Assembly (NCBI RefSeq): GCF_001194135.2 | Contig: NC_068991.1 | Coordinates: 28,833,086 to 28,880,267 of the forward strand | Origin: Octopus bimaculoides | Lineage: Eukaryota | Reading direction: 5' to 3' | DNA: 47,182 nucleotides | Shown here: positions 1 to 10,793 of the stretch, piece after piece | Layout: each line of letters starts with the position of its first letter | Numbering within the stretch: the first letter of the stretch is position 1 | Position numbers and translations under genes: made by a program | The notes under the pieces: generated by a model | Database searches by the model: none | What the model was told of the DNA's origin: nothing | The model's input: the letters and a program-made list of their open reading frames with translations, nothing else

Positions 1-329
1 ATATAAGAAACACAGAAACTAAATCTTATATCTATAATGTTGAATTGTGTATGTGTTTATGTGTATGCTGTTGTCACAGATCACGTATGTGTGGTCGTGT
101 GTGTTTTTACGTTTCTATGTTATGAAAAATATGTTAGAGGTAGAGGAAAGGTATTAAATGAGAGAGAGGAAGAAGAAGTAAGAGTGTAAAATGTAACCAA
201 GTTAATCTATGACTTTGTATGTATCACTTTCTCTCTCTCTCTCCCTCTCCCTCTTTTACTCTTACTCTCTATAACAACGCCGGTACAGGGAGAAGGGAAA
301 GAATATCAAAGTTGCTAGAAACGACATCC

Positions 330-512
330 AAATCTCCCTTAAATCACACAAAGTAAAAGGAATGTTAAAAATCTAATTTCTGCACTGGAAAGTTCAGATC
401 GAGAAAATTCCATTGATGTAAAAATTTTTTCGAAAAAGTGGAAAATGTGGATTTCTATAAACTTTCAAAAAGGCTTCACACAGACACACAACTTCAGCTT
501 TATATATTAAGA
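330..512 (-). mobile_element. Probable 5' terminus of a non-autonomous Helitron-like element
   Basis: On the minus strand it reads A|TCttaatatataaagctgaagttgtgtgtctgtg, the same layout as the 5' end of the Helitron at 45117. The 3' end is not identified in the window. Confidence 0.35.
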
Positions 513-593
513 TATATATATCAGAGTAGGTTGTATAGTTCTCCATGAGAAATCTATAACTGTCCCATAGATATTACAGTATTTGTTGATTGT

Positions 594-760
594 AAGGCTG
601 CGAGTAGGCAGAGATGTTAGCATGCCAAGTGAAATGCTTAATGGTATTTCGTCTGTCTTTATGTTCTGAGTTCAAATTCTGCCGAGGTCGACTTTGCCTT
701 TCATCCTTTCGGGGGTGGGGGGCAATAAATTAAGTACCAGTTGTGCCTAGAGTAGAAAAG
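594..760 (+). mobile_element. tRNA-derived SINE, family A
   Basis: ggcag..gttagca (A-box-like), gagttcaaattc (B-box-like) and the gtcgactttgcctttcatcc core recur at least 10 times in the window. Confidence 0.75.
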
Positions 761-3182
761 TATTTGTTGAGTGTATATAAAACAGAAAAATACATTAATA
801 ATGACAGAGATTTGAAGAACAAAGTTAAGACCAAACTACATGATATATGAATGTAGCCGTATCATTTCAGTGAGATACTTTGCATAAGTATTTAATACCT
901 TGTGAATAAACATACCGTTGTTTTTGTAATAAACTAATTCATTTCCATTTTTTCAGTATTGTTTACTTTATCACATCTCTTTTTTTTTTGTACCACAGAT
1001 CAAGGATGTTTGGATAAGGAACACATTGAGCCATATTACTAAAGTAATTGTTTACTTCATTTGCTATGACTAAATCAGTCAAACTGTGAAATATTCTTAC
1101 TTGTGGTTAGAACAGAAGGACTTTTTGGCACCTCACATATTGAGTAAAATAAGTTTAAGGTTTAGTAAAATAAGTTTAAGGTTTGTCATGGTTGGAACAC
1201 TTTTCTTAATACCAGTGTAGCGTTGGTTATGACAAAGACTTGATATTAGTTTATATACATAATTTATTGCTACATTATTAGAAGGCTTCATGCAATACAG
1301 ACAGAGTCAATCTTATATGTCTTGAGGTGCCAGAGTTCTTCAACAGCTAATTGATAATTAGGCTGATTTTTACATTGCTGCAATCGTGTATGACCACATT
1401 GTATATCCACCACTAAAGATGACCACAAAGAGGTCAGAGCTGTACAGTCTGGTGATCTTGTGGCTGGAAGATGACAGGGGTTCACTCCCCTGCTTGTTAT
1501 ATTTATTGGGTAAAGATTGCATCAAATAACCAGCTGGGGTTAAAAACAGCAGTAATAGTGGTTCCCATAGAACAGCCATGTTTAAGTGGTGACAAACATT
1601 ACTTCTCAGTATAGTTACTACTTTCATCTCTTATAGAGATTTTTTAACTAGCTACTTTGCTTGTGGCAAAATCAGTAACTGTATTCCACTTGTTTTTTTA
1701 TATATTGCAAGCTGGAGTGAACTACTACTATCTGTAGTGGATGAGTATTCTTCATTGAGGCTGATCACCAAGAGGTCAAAACTGTACAGTCTGATGGTCT
1801 TATAGCAGGAAGATTCCAAGTTTTGTTTAATAAGATTTAACACACTTTTTCTAAGACAGTAATGAATGATATGAGAGAGATTTAGCTGCTGTTTTTTGTA
1901 AGATGTGTCTGTTGGCTCCATGCTGCTTTGACTTTTGTAACAGCTGAGGAAGGTGATGCTCTAACACAAAAATTAGAGATTACACCTTCCTGCCTAAGGA
2001 TTAGAGATAACACCTTCTAGCAAGACCTTATTAGTCCTATAATGCAACACAAATCCATACAGTCCCAGCTTCTCAGCAATTATGCCAGAACATTTATATA
2101 GTTCTCTTGTGTTCTTCACTTTATTTCTGGTCTCCCATCTGATCTTTTTTTCCTATGATCTTGTTATTCAAGATCTTATCCAAATTTATATCTATGGTGT
2201 CCAAGCCATCCCTAACCTACTGTTCACACTGTAAAATGGTTTGCTAAACAGGCAAAAAAGTGTGAGGTTCCTTTAGTCTTGCCTCACCAGAGACTATTGA
2301 ATGTTTCTAGCGTTGGTGTCACAAGAAAATGCACCCAGTAAAGGGGCTGGCATTAGAAAGGGCATTCATCAGGTCTAAAATGCCCAAGATACGTGACATT
2401 GGTATGTCAATGACTTCATCAGGAACTGATGGCCCAAATATTTGAAACATAGGTTCTGCTTTCGCTATTTTTCTGTTCAAGCAAATAAAATCAAACATCT
2501 AGATTTTCCTGTTTATCTATCTATAGTTCCCTGATAGCTTCTTTCTTCCATTCTCAACATATATTAACTGTAATAATCTTATTTAAATAACAGGCTATTC
2601 TTGTATTTTTTTAGATATTCTAAAGCTGTCTGGAAGTTTACTTCCAGAGAAATATTTTTAAACTTGTAGTCATTTACTCCCACTTAATGTTTTCTCACTT
2701 ACCTTCGCTGTTTCTGTTGCAAACTCACTAACCACCAATCTATTTTGATTAACAATTGTCTGTTGCCCCTCTTTCTCAGATCAAATAAATGTAAACCTCT
2801 ATCTGAATGAGATATACATTTGGTGATCATTGAATAATTTAACAGGGAACCAATTGGACAGCCAGTTTTCACAACTCATGGTTATTCATGGTGAATTCAT
2901 TCATACTTTTCAACTATATGAACTTGTATTTTTTCTTTAATCAAGAGTCTTTTCCTTTATTCTCTTTTTTTATCATCTATACTCTGAATTCCCAAATGAT
3001 TATCAACACTAATCTAGTTTATAATCAATCTTGTTAATGTATCTTTCCACCTCACTTCTCACATTTCATGTCAAATTGTTGACTTTCTTACATTTCTTTG
3101 ACTTCATAACTCTACCTCCGAGCATTTCCACATTAATAGTAACTGACAATAGGGAATTAGGCAAAACTATATACTAATATTA

Positions 3183-4875
3183 AGTGAGACCATAACCTGT
3201 GGCCTTTGCCAGGGGTGTAGCCAGCCCACTTATGCGTACCTTTCCTTTGTAGAGAACGACCATGCAAACCAAGGAGATGGCGACGGACAGGAGAGGCTCC
3301 TTTTAATGCGTCACACGGTCGACACAAAACATGTAATATAACATAAGAGGGCTCACATGTGAGAAGCGAGCAAGTGCCAGCAAGGAAAGAGAGAGACACA
3401 ACCGTTAGTAAGTTTATTAGGGTAATCAACTGTGTCTGTGTGTACGTCCATGCGGCAATATAAATAACACAATATGTAAGACAGGCCTTTGTATAAAGAA
3501 GAGGGTGTATACAATAATATGTGTATGTGTGTGAATGAGAAATACAGAGCATGAAATAAGAGTCTGTAACATAGACGATAAGTGTCCTAAACAAAGATAG
3601 AGAAATACCAGTTCATAGTCTGTAACACAGTAGATAGAATGTCTGTACACAAGAGGTCGTGGCCGAATAGCAGAGCTGAAGTGTCACATGTGTGTAAAGT
3701 TGAGCTTCGATGCTGCGACCGGTTACTTGGTACAGAAGATCCTTGCAGGTTGTTCTGGCTGTTATTTTTGAGGTGGAAACAATCCACACAAACAGTGTTG
3801 AGAAGGAACCGCAGTTGCTGTTGGTAGCGTGTACTCTGGTGGTGGTGTTGGCGCTGGAGATGGGACTGTAGAAGACAGTAGAACAGTGGTGTTGACGTCA
3901 TCGCTGGAAACTGGCTGGAGCTGTGTTCTGTTTGTGGTCTATGACCAGACCTGAAAAGGTCTGAGGTTGCGACAAACTGGCATGGATAAAACAGGGCTAT
4001 TTATAGATAAAAAGGGCTCCAGAAACAGCAGAAAAACACTCTCTCACGTGACCTTAACAGAAAGTCACGATTGGTCAGTATGCACCCTGGCGCAAAATAG
4101 AACTGGTGACAAATGCCGCACAAATAAGAGCCAATCAGGGTGATGGGCACAACACGGTCCAAGCGGCCGAAGGCTAGATGTTAGCCGCTATGTTATCATT
4201 CGTAAATAAATACCTGAGAGAGAGGTTTCACTACACCTTCATTGGACACTAAACTCTGTTTGCGAAGACCTGTTGAGGCAAGTGAAATTAAAATTGAACC
4301 AAATTCGATGACTGGTACCCATGACAACCTTTCCTTCATTGGACACTAAACTCTGCTTGCTAAGACCTGTTGGGGCAAGTGAAATCGAAATCGTAATTGA
4401 ACCAAATTCGATGACTGGCTCCCGTGCCAGTGGAGCACTAAGAGCACTGTCTGAGCGTGACCATTGCCAGAGCAGCTGTCTGGCTTCCATGCCGGTGGCA
4501 TGTAAATAACACCATTTGAGCATGATCGTTACCAGCGTCGCCTTACTGGTGCTTGTGCTAGTGGCATGTGAGAAAACATTAGAGCAAGGTCGTTGCCAGT
4601 GCCACTGGACTGGCTCCTGTGCAGGTGGCACGTAAGAAACACCATTTGAGTGTGGCTGTTGCCAGTACTGCCTGACTGGCCCTCGTGCCGGTGGCATATA
4701 AAAGCACTCACTACATTCTCGGAGTGGTTGGTGTTAGGAAGGGTATCCAGCTGTAGAAACTCTGTCGGATCAGATTGGAGCCTGGTGCAGCCATCTGGTT
4801 CGCCAGTCCTCAGTCAAATCGTCCAACCCATGCTAGCATGGAAAGTGGATGTTAAACAATGATGATGATGATGAT
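3183..4875 (+). mobile_element. RTE LINE 3'-end copy interrupted by the solo LTR; (GAT)n tail
   Basis: Similar to the reverse complement of 11806-12330, the 3'UTR of the RTE with coding remnants; ends in gttaaacaatgatgatgat. Confidence 0.85.
3248..4235 (-). mobile_element. Solo LTR (988 bp), probably Ty3/Gypsy type
   Basis: TGTAG...CTACA termini; 4-bp TSD CCTT at 3244-3247 and 4236-4239; minus-strand TATAAATAG (3997-4005) and AATAAA (3413-3418); CpG-rich; the flanks rejoin into a continuous RTE 3' end. Confidence 0.85.
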
Positions 4876-6136
4876 CATCATTTAATGTCCGCCTTCCATC
4901 TTGGCATGATACTGATAATAAGGAGAATGAAGAATTTGAACATTCAGATTTTGTTTATTTCCAGTTAGTTTATTCATAATAATTGTCCAACACGTGTTTC
5001 TACCGCACTAACTGATTTTGTTGCATATTGATATGCAACAATTTATGTATTATTAGTATGATCTCTTCAGGGTATATAAGTATGACATTGTTGAAAGAGG
5101 AATTTTCCTCCACTCTTAAGCTTGGTGGTAGTAGTAATCCATGACATTCTATGATGAGATGATTTTCTAAACTAATTCAAACTAACAGCAAAGTTAGTGT
5201 GATTGGAGCATGTGTCAGACAATTATTACAAATAAACTAACTGGAAATAAGCAAAGTTTGAATGTTCAAATTCTTCATTCTCTTTATTGTCAATATTGTA
5301 CTTTACACTCTAAGCAGCCAAGAAATAAATTGTAACATCTGGGAGCTAAAAGAAATTTACTTAAAACACACCATCTGAAGGAACCAGTCTTGGCTTTTCA
5401 TTCAGAGAAATTTGGTATCTGCCTGGATATTATATCCATCCTCTTACTATATATGTGTGTGTGTGTGATTGTGTGTGTAGAAAAACACGCATTTGTGTGT
5501 GTGTTGGTGTTCTACCCCCACTTAATCATTCTTTGTTTACACTCCTCCACTTTAGCAGGCTTTAAAAAAAAGTCTTGCGGGCAATTCATTCAAATAAAAC
5601 CTTTCAAAGTGATGCCCCAGCGTGGACACAGCCCAGTGACTGAAACAAGTAAAAAGGTAAAAAAAAGTTTACATGTGATTGAGTGCGTTTGTGAGAATTA
5701 AATATGACAACTCACAATACAATGTTAAAAAAAATATTCAAAAATTTCATGAAAAATATAAAATGTTATTTTATGCCAAGTTTTTCAGTTTCCATACTTG
5801 TTTTTGTTAATTTTTACTTCATTTATAAGTATCAAAGCTTTTTTTTTTACGTTTTATGTATTTTTTTTTCCGATTCTTGAATCGTGTGTTGAAATAAGTA
5901 ATAATAAAGCAAAAGTGAAAAATCAATTAAATAGTGCTTGTGTTTATTGGCCAAATGACCGTCCAATAAGTATATTGTTTTCTTTGTGCATTATGCAGTA
6001 AATCTGAGGTTCTAATTCTACATAAATTAATCAGTATCAATGATTTAGTATAATACTCTCCCCGAGTAAGTGACTTTATGCCAAAGATAAAATCCATTTA
6101 CAACACTATTAGAATAAATAAATAATAAAAATAAAG

Positions 6137-6142
6137 AAAAAA
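6137..6142 (-). terminator. Pol III terminator (T6) of tRNA-Val
   Basis: A6 on the + strand, 2 nt downstream of the tRNA discriminator. Confidence 0.8.
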
Positions 6143-6144
6143 GC

Positions 6145-6217
6145 AGGTTCTAGCGAGGTTCGAACTCGCGACCTTCTGCGTGTAAAGCAGACGTGATAAC
6201 CACTACACCATAGAACC
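6145..6217 (-). tRNA. tRNA-Val-TAC: tRNA-Val (anticodon TAC)
   Basis: The reverse complement GGTTCTATGGTGTAGTGGTTATCACGTCTGCTTTACACGCAGAAGGTCGCGAGTTCGAACCTCGCTAGAACCT folds into a cloverleaf: 7-bp acceptor stem, TCTGC/GCAGA anticodon stem, GCGAG/CTCGC T stem, intact A and B boxes. Confidence 0.96.
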
Positions 6218-6559
6218 GACAGATACCTTGCATTCTGAAATAAGTAATAGATGTTATTATTTATGAATGGCAGTCTGTCATATTGTACAGAACTAAATAT
6301 TTAGAGATTTAATTTGAGTTATTTTACACGAGATTGCCTGTGGAATGACTGACGTTTAATAACAAAAGTGAAGTGCAACTGAATTAAAAATTCTCAGGAC
6401 TATCTCCGCAACTTCACTTTATAGTATAGCCATATATTGTATTAGCCAAATATTATTACATTCTGTATCTCCTGTATTACCATCTCTATCTATGATATTT
6501 AATGCACCTGAGAAAGGCACAAACGACATTAAATGTAAAAAGTACTTTCTCTAAAAGAA

Positions 6560-6869
6560 CCACATGGAAGAAACGGCGTGTCGCGATTACATATGGCAGG
6601 AACAGTGTATGTGTTGTGGTTACATACAAGTCATTCTTTAATGTCACAGTCACTGAAAAATGAAACTAAGATGTAGAGTAGATTAAAATATATCAATAAA
6701 TAAATTATTAAATTAAATCGAGTGGTCACTAAATTACGTGTCTTTTGCAGCCACTAACATATAGGAATTAAATATACAGTGTAAGTACTCATAACGACAC
6801 CGTCTAGTCATGTGACATAACACCGTTTCTTGCTGACGATCCACCTGGAAGATTTGCTGACAAGTATGT
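6560..6869 (+). promoter_or_regulatory. Putative SRP54 promoter and non-coding first exon, ending at donor CAA|GTATGT (GT at 6864)
   Basis: Locally CpG-rich and repeat-free; palindromic GTCATGTGAC E-box-like motif near 6807-6816; donor followed by pyrimidine-rich intron-like sequence; the first coding exon has an acceptor, so an upstream exon is needed. No transcript evidence. Confidence 0.5.
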
Positions 6870-7035
6870 TACCTTTTCTAAACTGTTATCTCTGTTGTAT
6901 GTCTAACGAAACATTGTATTAGATGTCGTTGACACTTTACATAAGTGTTTATACGTGATACAGTTCATAGCTAACATCAGCTTCAAACTACTGTTTTAAT
7001 GTAACATATTGTATATAACGTAATACTTGTTGTCT

Positions 7036-7039
<4 letters not shown>

Positions 7040-7099
<60 letters not shown>
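7040..7099. repeat. (TA)n microsatellite; others near 7623-7662, 19250-19274, 22700-22770, 23319-23345
   Basis: Seen directly. Confidence 0.95.
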
Positions 7100-7102
<3 letters not shown>

Positions 7103-7619
7103 GCTGTGTTGCGTTGGTGAACAGGTGTTAAAAATGTGATGAAATTTTTCGGTACTTTTTATTTACAGCAATGTTAAGAAATAAACGAAAGTGACTTATA
7201 TAACAGTTTTCTTGTGTTATTAAATGACTAACACGGTTCTTCCGCAGTGTAATTATTTTAATTTCAATATTTGATCTCTGATCAAGTTATATGTCAAACA
7301 CGACAATTCTGATATATATATGTAAAAGTGTGTGTAGATATGTTTATTATAAAATTTGACAGTCTACTCCGAGTTTTGCTCCACACTATTCGCAACTGTT
7401 GTAAACAGTCAATAATCTGACGTAAATTCAAATTTTGGTATAATAATATACGCATCTACAGACTTTACCTAACGTATTGAGTTCTGTTTGTACTGTGTAC
7501 AATATATTTTTGTATACTTTATAACTCTTCCATTACGATATATATATGTTTTCAGCTACCAAGAATCGTTCCAATGGTTAGTCTGTTAGTTCCCTTCTCA
7601 GTCTCCTTGCATAAATGGG

Positions 7620-7666
<47 letters not shown>

Positions 7667-7811
7667 TTATTTATATATATATGTGTGTGTGTGTGTGTAC
7701 TTTTTATATGCATGTTGATGTGATATCTAATATAATTATCAAGATTATGAAACAGTTGCAAACAAATGGAATAAACAACTACTCTCCCACTTTACTGTAT
7801 CTATCTATCTA

Positions 7812-8625
7812 TCTAGTTATCATCATCTTGTAATGTCCGTTTTCTATGCTGGCATTGGTTCAACGGTTTGACAGGAGCTGATAAGGCTAAGAGTCACACC
7901 ATGTTCCAATGTCTGTTTTGGAATGATTTCTACTGCTGGATGCCCTTTCTAGTGCTAACCACTTTATAGAGTGTACTTGGTGCTTTTTATGTGACACCAT
8001 CACCGATATGGTCACCAAGTACTTTGCAAAACAAAAAGGATAGCAAATATATATCCCACGTCGATGCCAGTGCCTCCCAACTGGCTCCCGTGCTAGTGGC
8101 ACATAAAAAGCACCTTCCGAACATGGTTGATGCCAGTGCCTCCCAACTGGCTCCCGTGCCAGTGGCACATAAAAAGCACCTTCCGAACATGGTTGATGCC
8201 AGTGCCCCTGACTGGCTCCTGTGCTGGTGGCACGTAAAAAGCACCATCTAAACGTGGTTAATGCCAGTGCTGCCTGACTGGCTCCTGTGCCTGTGGCACG
8301 TAATAAGCATCCACTACGCTTGGAATGGTTGGCGTTAGGAAGGTGCAGCTTAATGACTTGCCAATCTTCAGTCAAACCGTCCAACCCACGTCAACATGGA
8401 AAATGGACATTAAACGATGATGATGATGTCAATATCATCATCATCATCATTGTCATTTAACATCCATGTTCTATGGTTTGATAGGTTCTGATGTGTTAAG
8501 AGACTACATTGTGTTCCACTGTCTACTTTGGCTTGGTTTATGTGGCTTGATGCCCTTCCTAACAAGTCACTTTATGGCATGTACTGGAAGCTTTTTCATC
8601 ACACCAGCACTAATGGTGTCACCAT
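7812..8625. mobile_element. Cluster of three RTE 3'-end fragments (about 7812-8010 minus, 8080-8427 plus, 8436-8625 minus)
   Basis: Shared ggatgcccttcctaa / gtgccagtggcacataaaaagcacc modules and (GAT)n/(CAT)n tails. Confidence 0.75.
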
Positions 8626-8729
8626 GCAGCTTGAGAGATGTGGCTTTATGCTAGGAGATGAGGGCTTAAATATGAAAGAGGAGGCCAGAACACAACAGGT
8701 TTCTTTTCATTAGAGGAGTGATGTGGCTA

Positions 8730-9560
8730 CTTACATTTAGAAGAGAGGGAGTGATTGATGTGGAGCGTGGAAGAGATAAAAATTGTGGTGATGAGGCATC
8801 TGTGTGGACTCTCAAGATACCAGGTGGGTAGAAGTGAATGAAGACAGAACTGGGAGTATTGATGGGTGGAGATTGCTAGAATGTATGGGAGAGTGAGAGA
8901 TGGGGAATGAGTGCAACAGTGAATATTATGCATGAAGAACAAGTGTTGAGTGGATGGTAATTAGGAAAGGTAGGGAAGAGTAGGTGACAACTGTAGAGAT
9001 TGGGCTGGATTGAGCGGTGGATGTAGTGAATGCTTGACTAGGGGTGGGGTGGCCAATGATGCATGGAAGTGAAGAGTAACAGAATGGTAATGGTGAGACA
9101 ATAGACAGAAAGGATGAAAGAGAGAGAGAGAGAGAGAGAGACAAGTGATTGAGTAGGTTGCAAGAATGTAGGAAGGGGAGAGAAAGTCAAGTGTAGTGTC
9201 TGGGTAGAATGAGAGATGTATGGTTGTGTAGAATGTGAGATGATTTGGTGGCTTGGATGGGAGACAAAATATTGCTGGAGAGAACAGTATTAAGGATGAA
9301 GGATGGATATCAAATGAAATGGTTCCAGGAAGTGGGAAAGATTAATGGTAGCAAAGAAAAACCAGTGGTAGAGAGATGAAAGGTGGTGAAGGATTTCATG
9401 TCTTGCAAATATGTAAGAATAATTAGTGGTAGAAGTACCCATTAAGTAAATTGTTTGAAACTCTGGGATGATGGCGTGGAAGTTGTAGAGAACTTCAGTG
9501 ATCAACGTAGTAATGGAAGGTAATTTTGCAAAAAAGCCAAACTAAGAACAACATGAATAT
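8730..9560 (-). mobile_element. Highly degenerate purine-skewed retroelement remnant, possibly Penelope-like
   Basis: Strong strand purine skew. The minus-strand translation PTWYLESPHRCLIT only loosely resembles the Cys-rich linker of Penelope-like elements. Weak. Confidence 0.3.
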
Positions 9561-10121
9561 GTTCAGGGAGTTATTGCTGCTGCTGTTGGCAGTAATAGGA
9601 TTCTTTTTTGCATATGAAGTACAGTGGCACAATATAGTGAAATATGAGCATTTAATGTGGAAGATGTGTGAAGCTTTGGAAGAAATAAGGCGAGCAGATA
9701 TCTAATGTTAGTGTGTATGAATGATGGAACAACGAATGAACTGAGAAAAAAAACTGAGAGTATGAAGAGGAATCAGCTGTGTGTCTTGTTCAAGAACACA
9801 ACACACAGTCTGGTCCAAGAATCATGAAGTAGTGAGAGTTTGATTCCTAGACCAGACTGTGTGTTGTGTTCTTGAGCAAGACACTTTATTTTACATTGCT
9901 CCAGTTCAGTCAGCTGTAGAACTGAGTTGTGATGTCATTGGCACCAAGCTGTATCAGCTTTTGCTTTTCCTTTCGATAACGTCGGTGGCATGGAGAGGGA
10001 AGCTGGTAAGCATGGGTGACTGCTGGTCTTCCATAAACAACCATGCCCAGACTTGTGCCTTGCAGAGTAACTTTCTAGTTGCATTACCATGTTACATACA
10101 AAGAGAGTTTTTATCTTTAAT

Positions 10122-10330
10122 AAGGTAGTGAATTGGCAGAATTGTTTGCACAATGGACAAAATGCTTAGCAGCATTTTGTCTGTCTTTATGATCTGTATT
10201 CAAATTCCACTGAGGTTGTCATTGCCTTTAATTGTTTCAGAGTCAATGAAATAAGTACCACTTAAGCTCTGGGTTTGATGTAATTGACTGGTCCCCACTC
10301 TCACAGTTGCCAGCTTTGTACCTATAATGG
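10122..10330 (+). mobile_element. SINE family A copy, preceded by a second SINE type at about 9820-10120
   Basis: Same core as the copy at 594-760. Confidence 0.7.
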
Positions 10331-10793
10331 TAACGATGTGTGTGCATATCTTGTCGTGTTGGGCCATTGAACTCTGTACATTTTTTTCTTCTCTCTGCTT
10401 TTTTACCTCTTAATCCTTTCTCTCGAAGAGCATAAGACTTTCTATTATTATTATTATTAAAAAGCACCTTTCGAACATTGGGCCTCATGGAGGCAATTTG
10501 GCCAATGCCTGTGTTGCGTAACTAGCACTTGTGCTGGTTTTGTGCAGCTAGCATCTGTGTTGGTGGTACATGAAAAACACCTTTTGAGCGTTGGGCCTCA
10601 CACATGGCTGTGACAAATGACCAAGACCTTCGGCAATATGAAATCATAGTCATGGTAAATACAGGTGTCATGCGACTGGTACCTGTGCCAATGACACATA
10701 AAAGCACCCATTACACTCTCAGAGTAGTTGATGTTAGGAAAGGGAAAATTAGACTGGAGTGTGCTGCAGCCCCTCAGCTTGCCAGTATGTATG

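Noticed and set aside
1144-1185. 21-bp tandem duplication agtaaaataagtttaaggttt
   Set aside because: A simple local slippage duplication with no further structure.
2360-2430. Two minus-strand CTGATGA motifs next to a 6-bp hairpin (possible hammerhead ribozyme)
   Set aside because: No GAAA after stem II and no stems I/III around a cleavage triplet.
3157-3901. ORFs of 74-145 aa in 3157-3901
   Set aside because: They lie within the solo LTR and have no recognisable domain.
4239-4862. Repetitive ORFs such as MPPARGPVRQYWQ, also at 7887-8384, 17110-17481 and 21709-22141
   Set aside because: They are chance frames through the GC-richer RTE 3'UTR modules, and the frames differ between copies.
7987-8330. 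Regularly spaced ~57-nt repeats that resemble a CRISPR array
   Set aside because: Whole units repeat with no unique spacers, there are no cas genes, the context is eukaryotic, and the units belong to the RTE 3'UTR.
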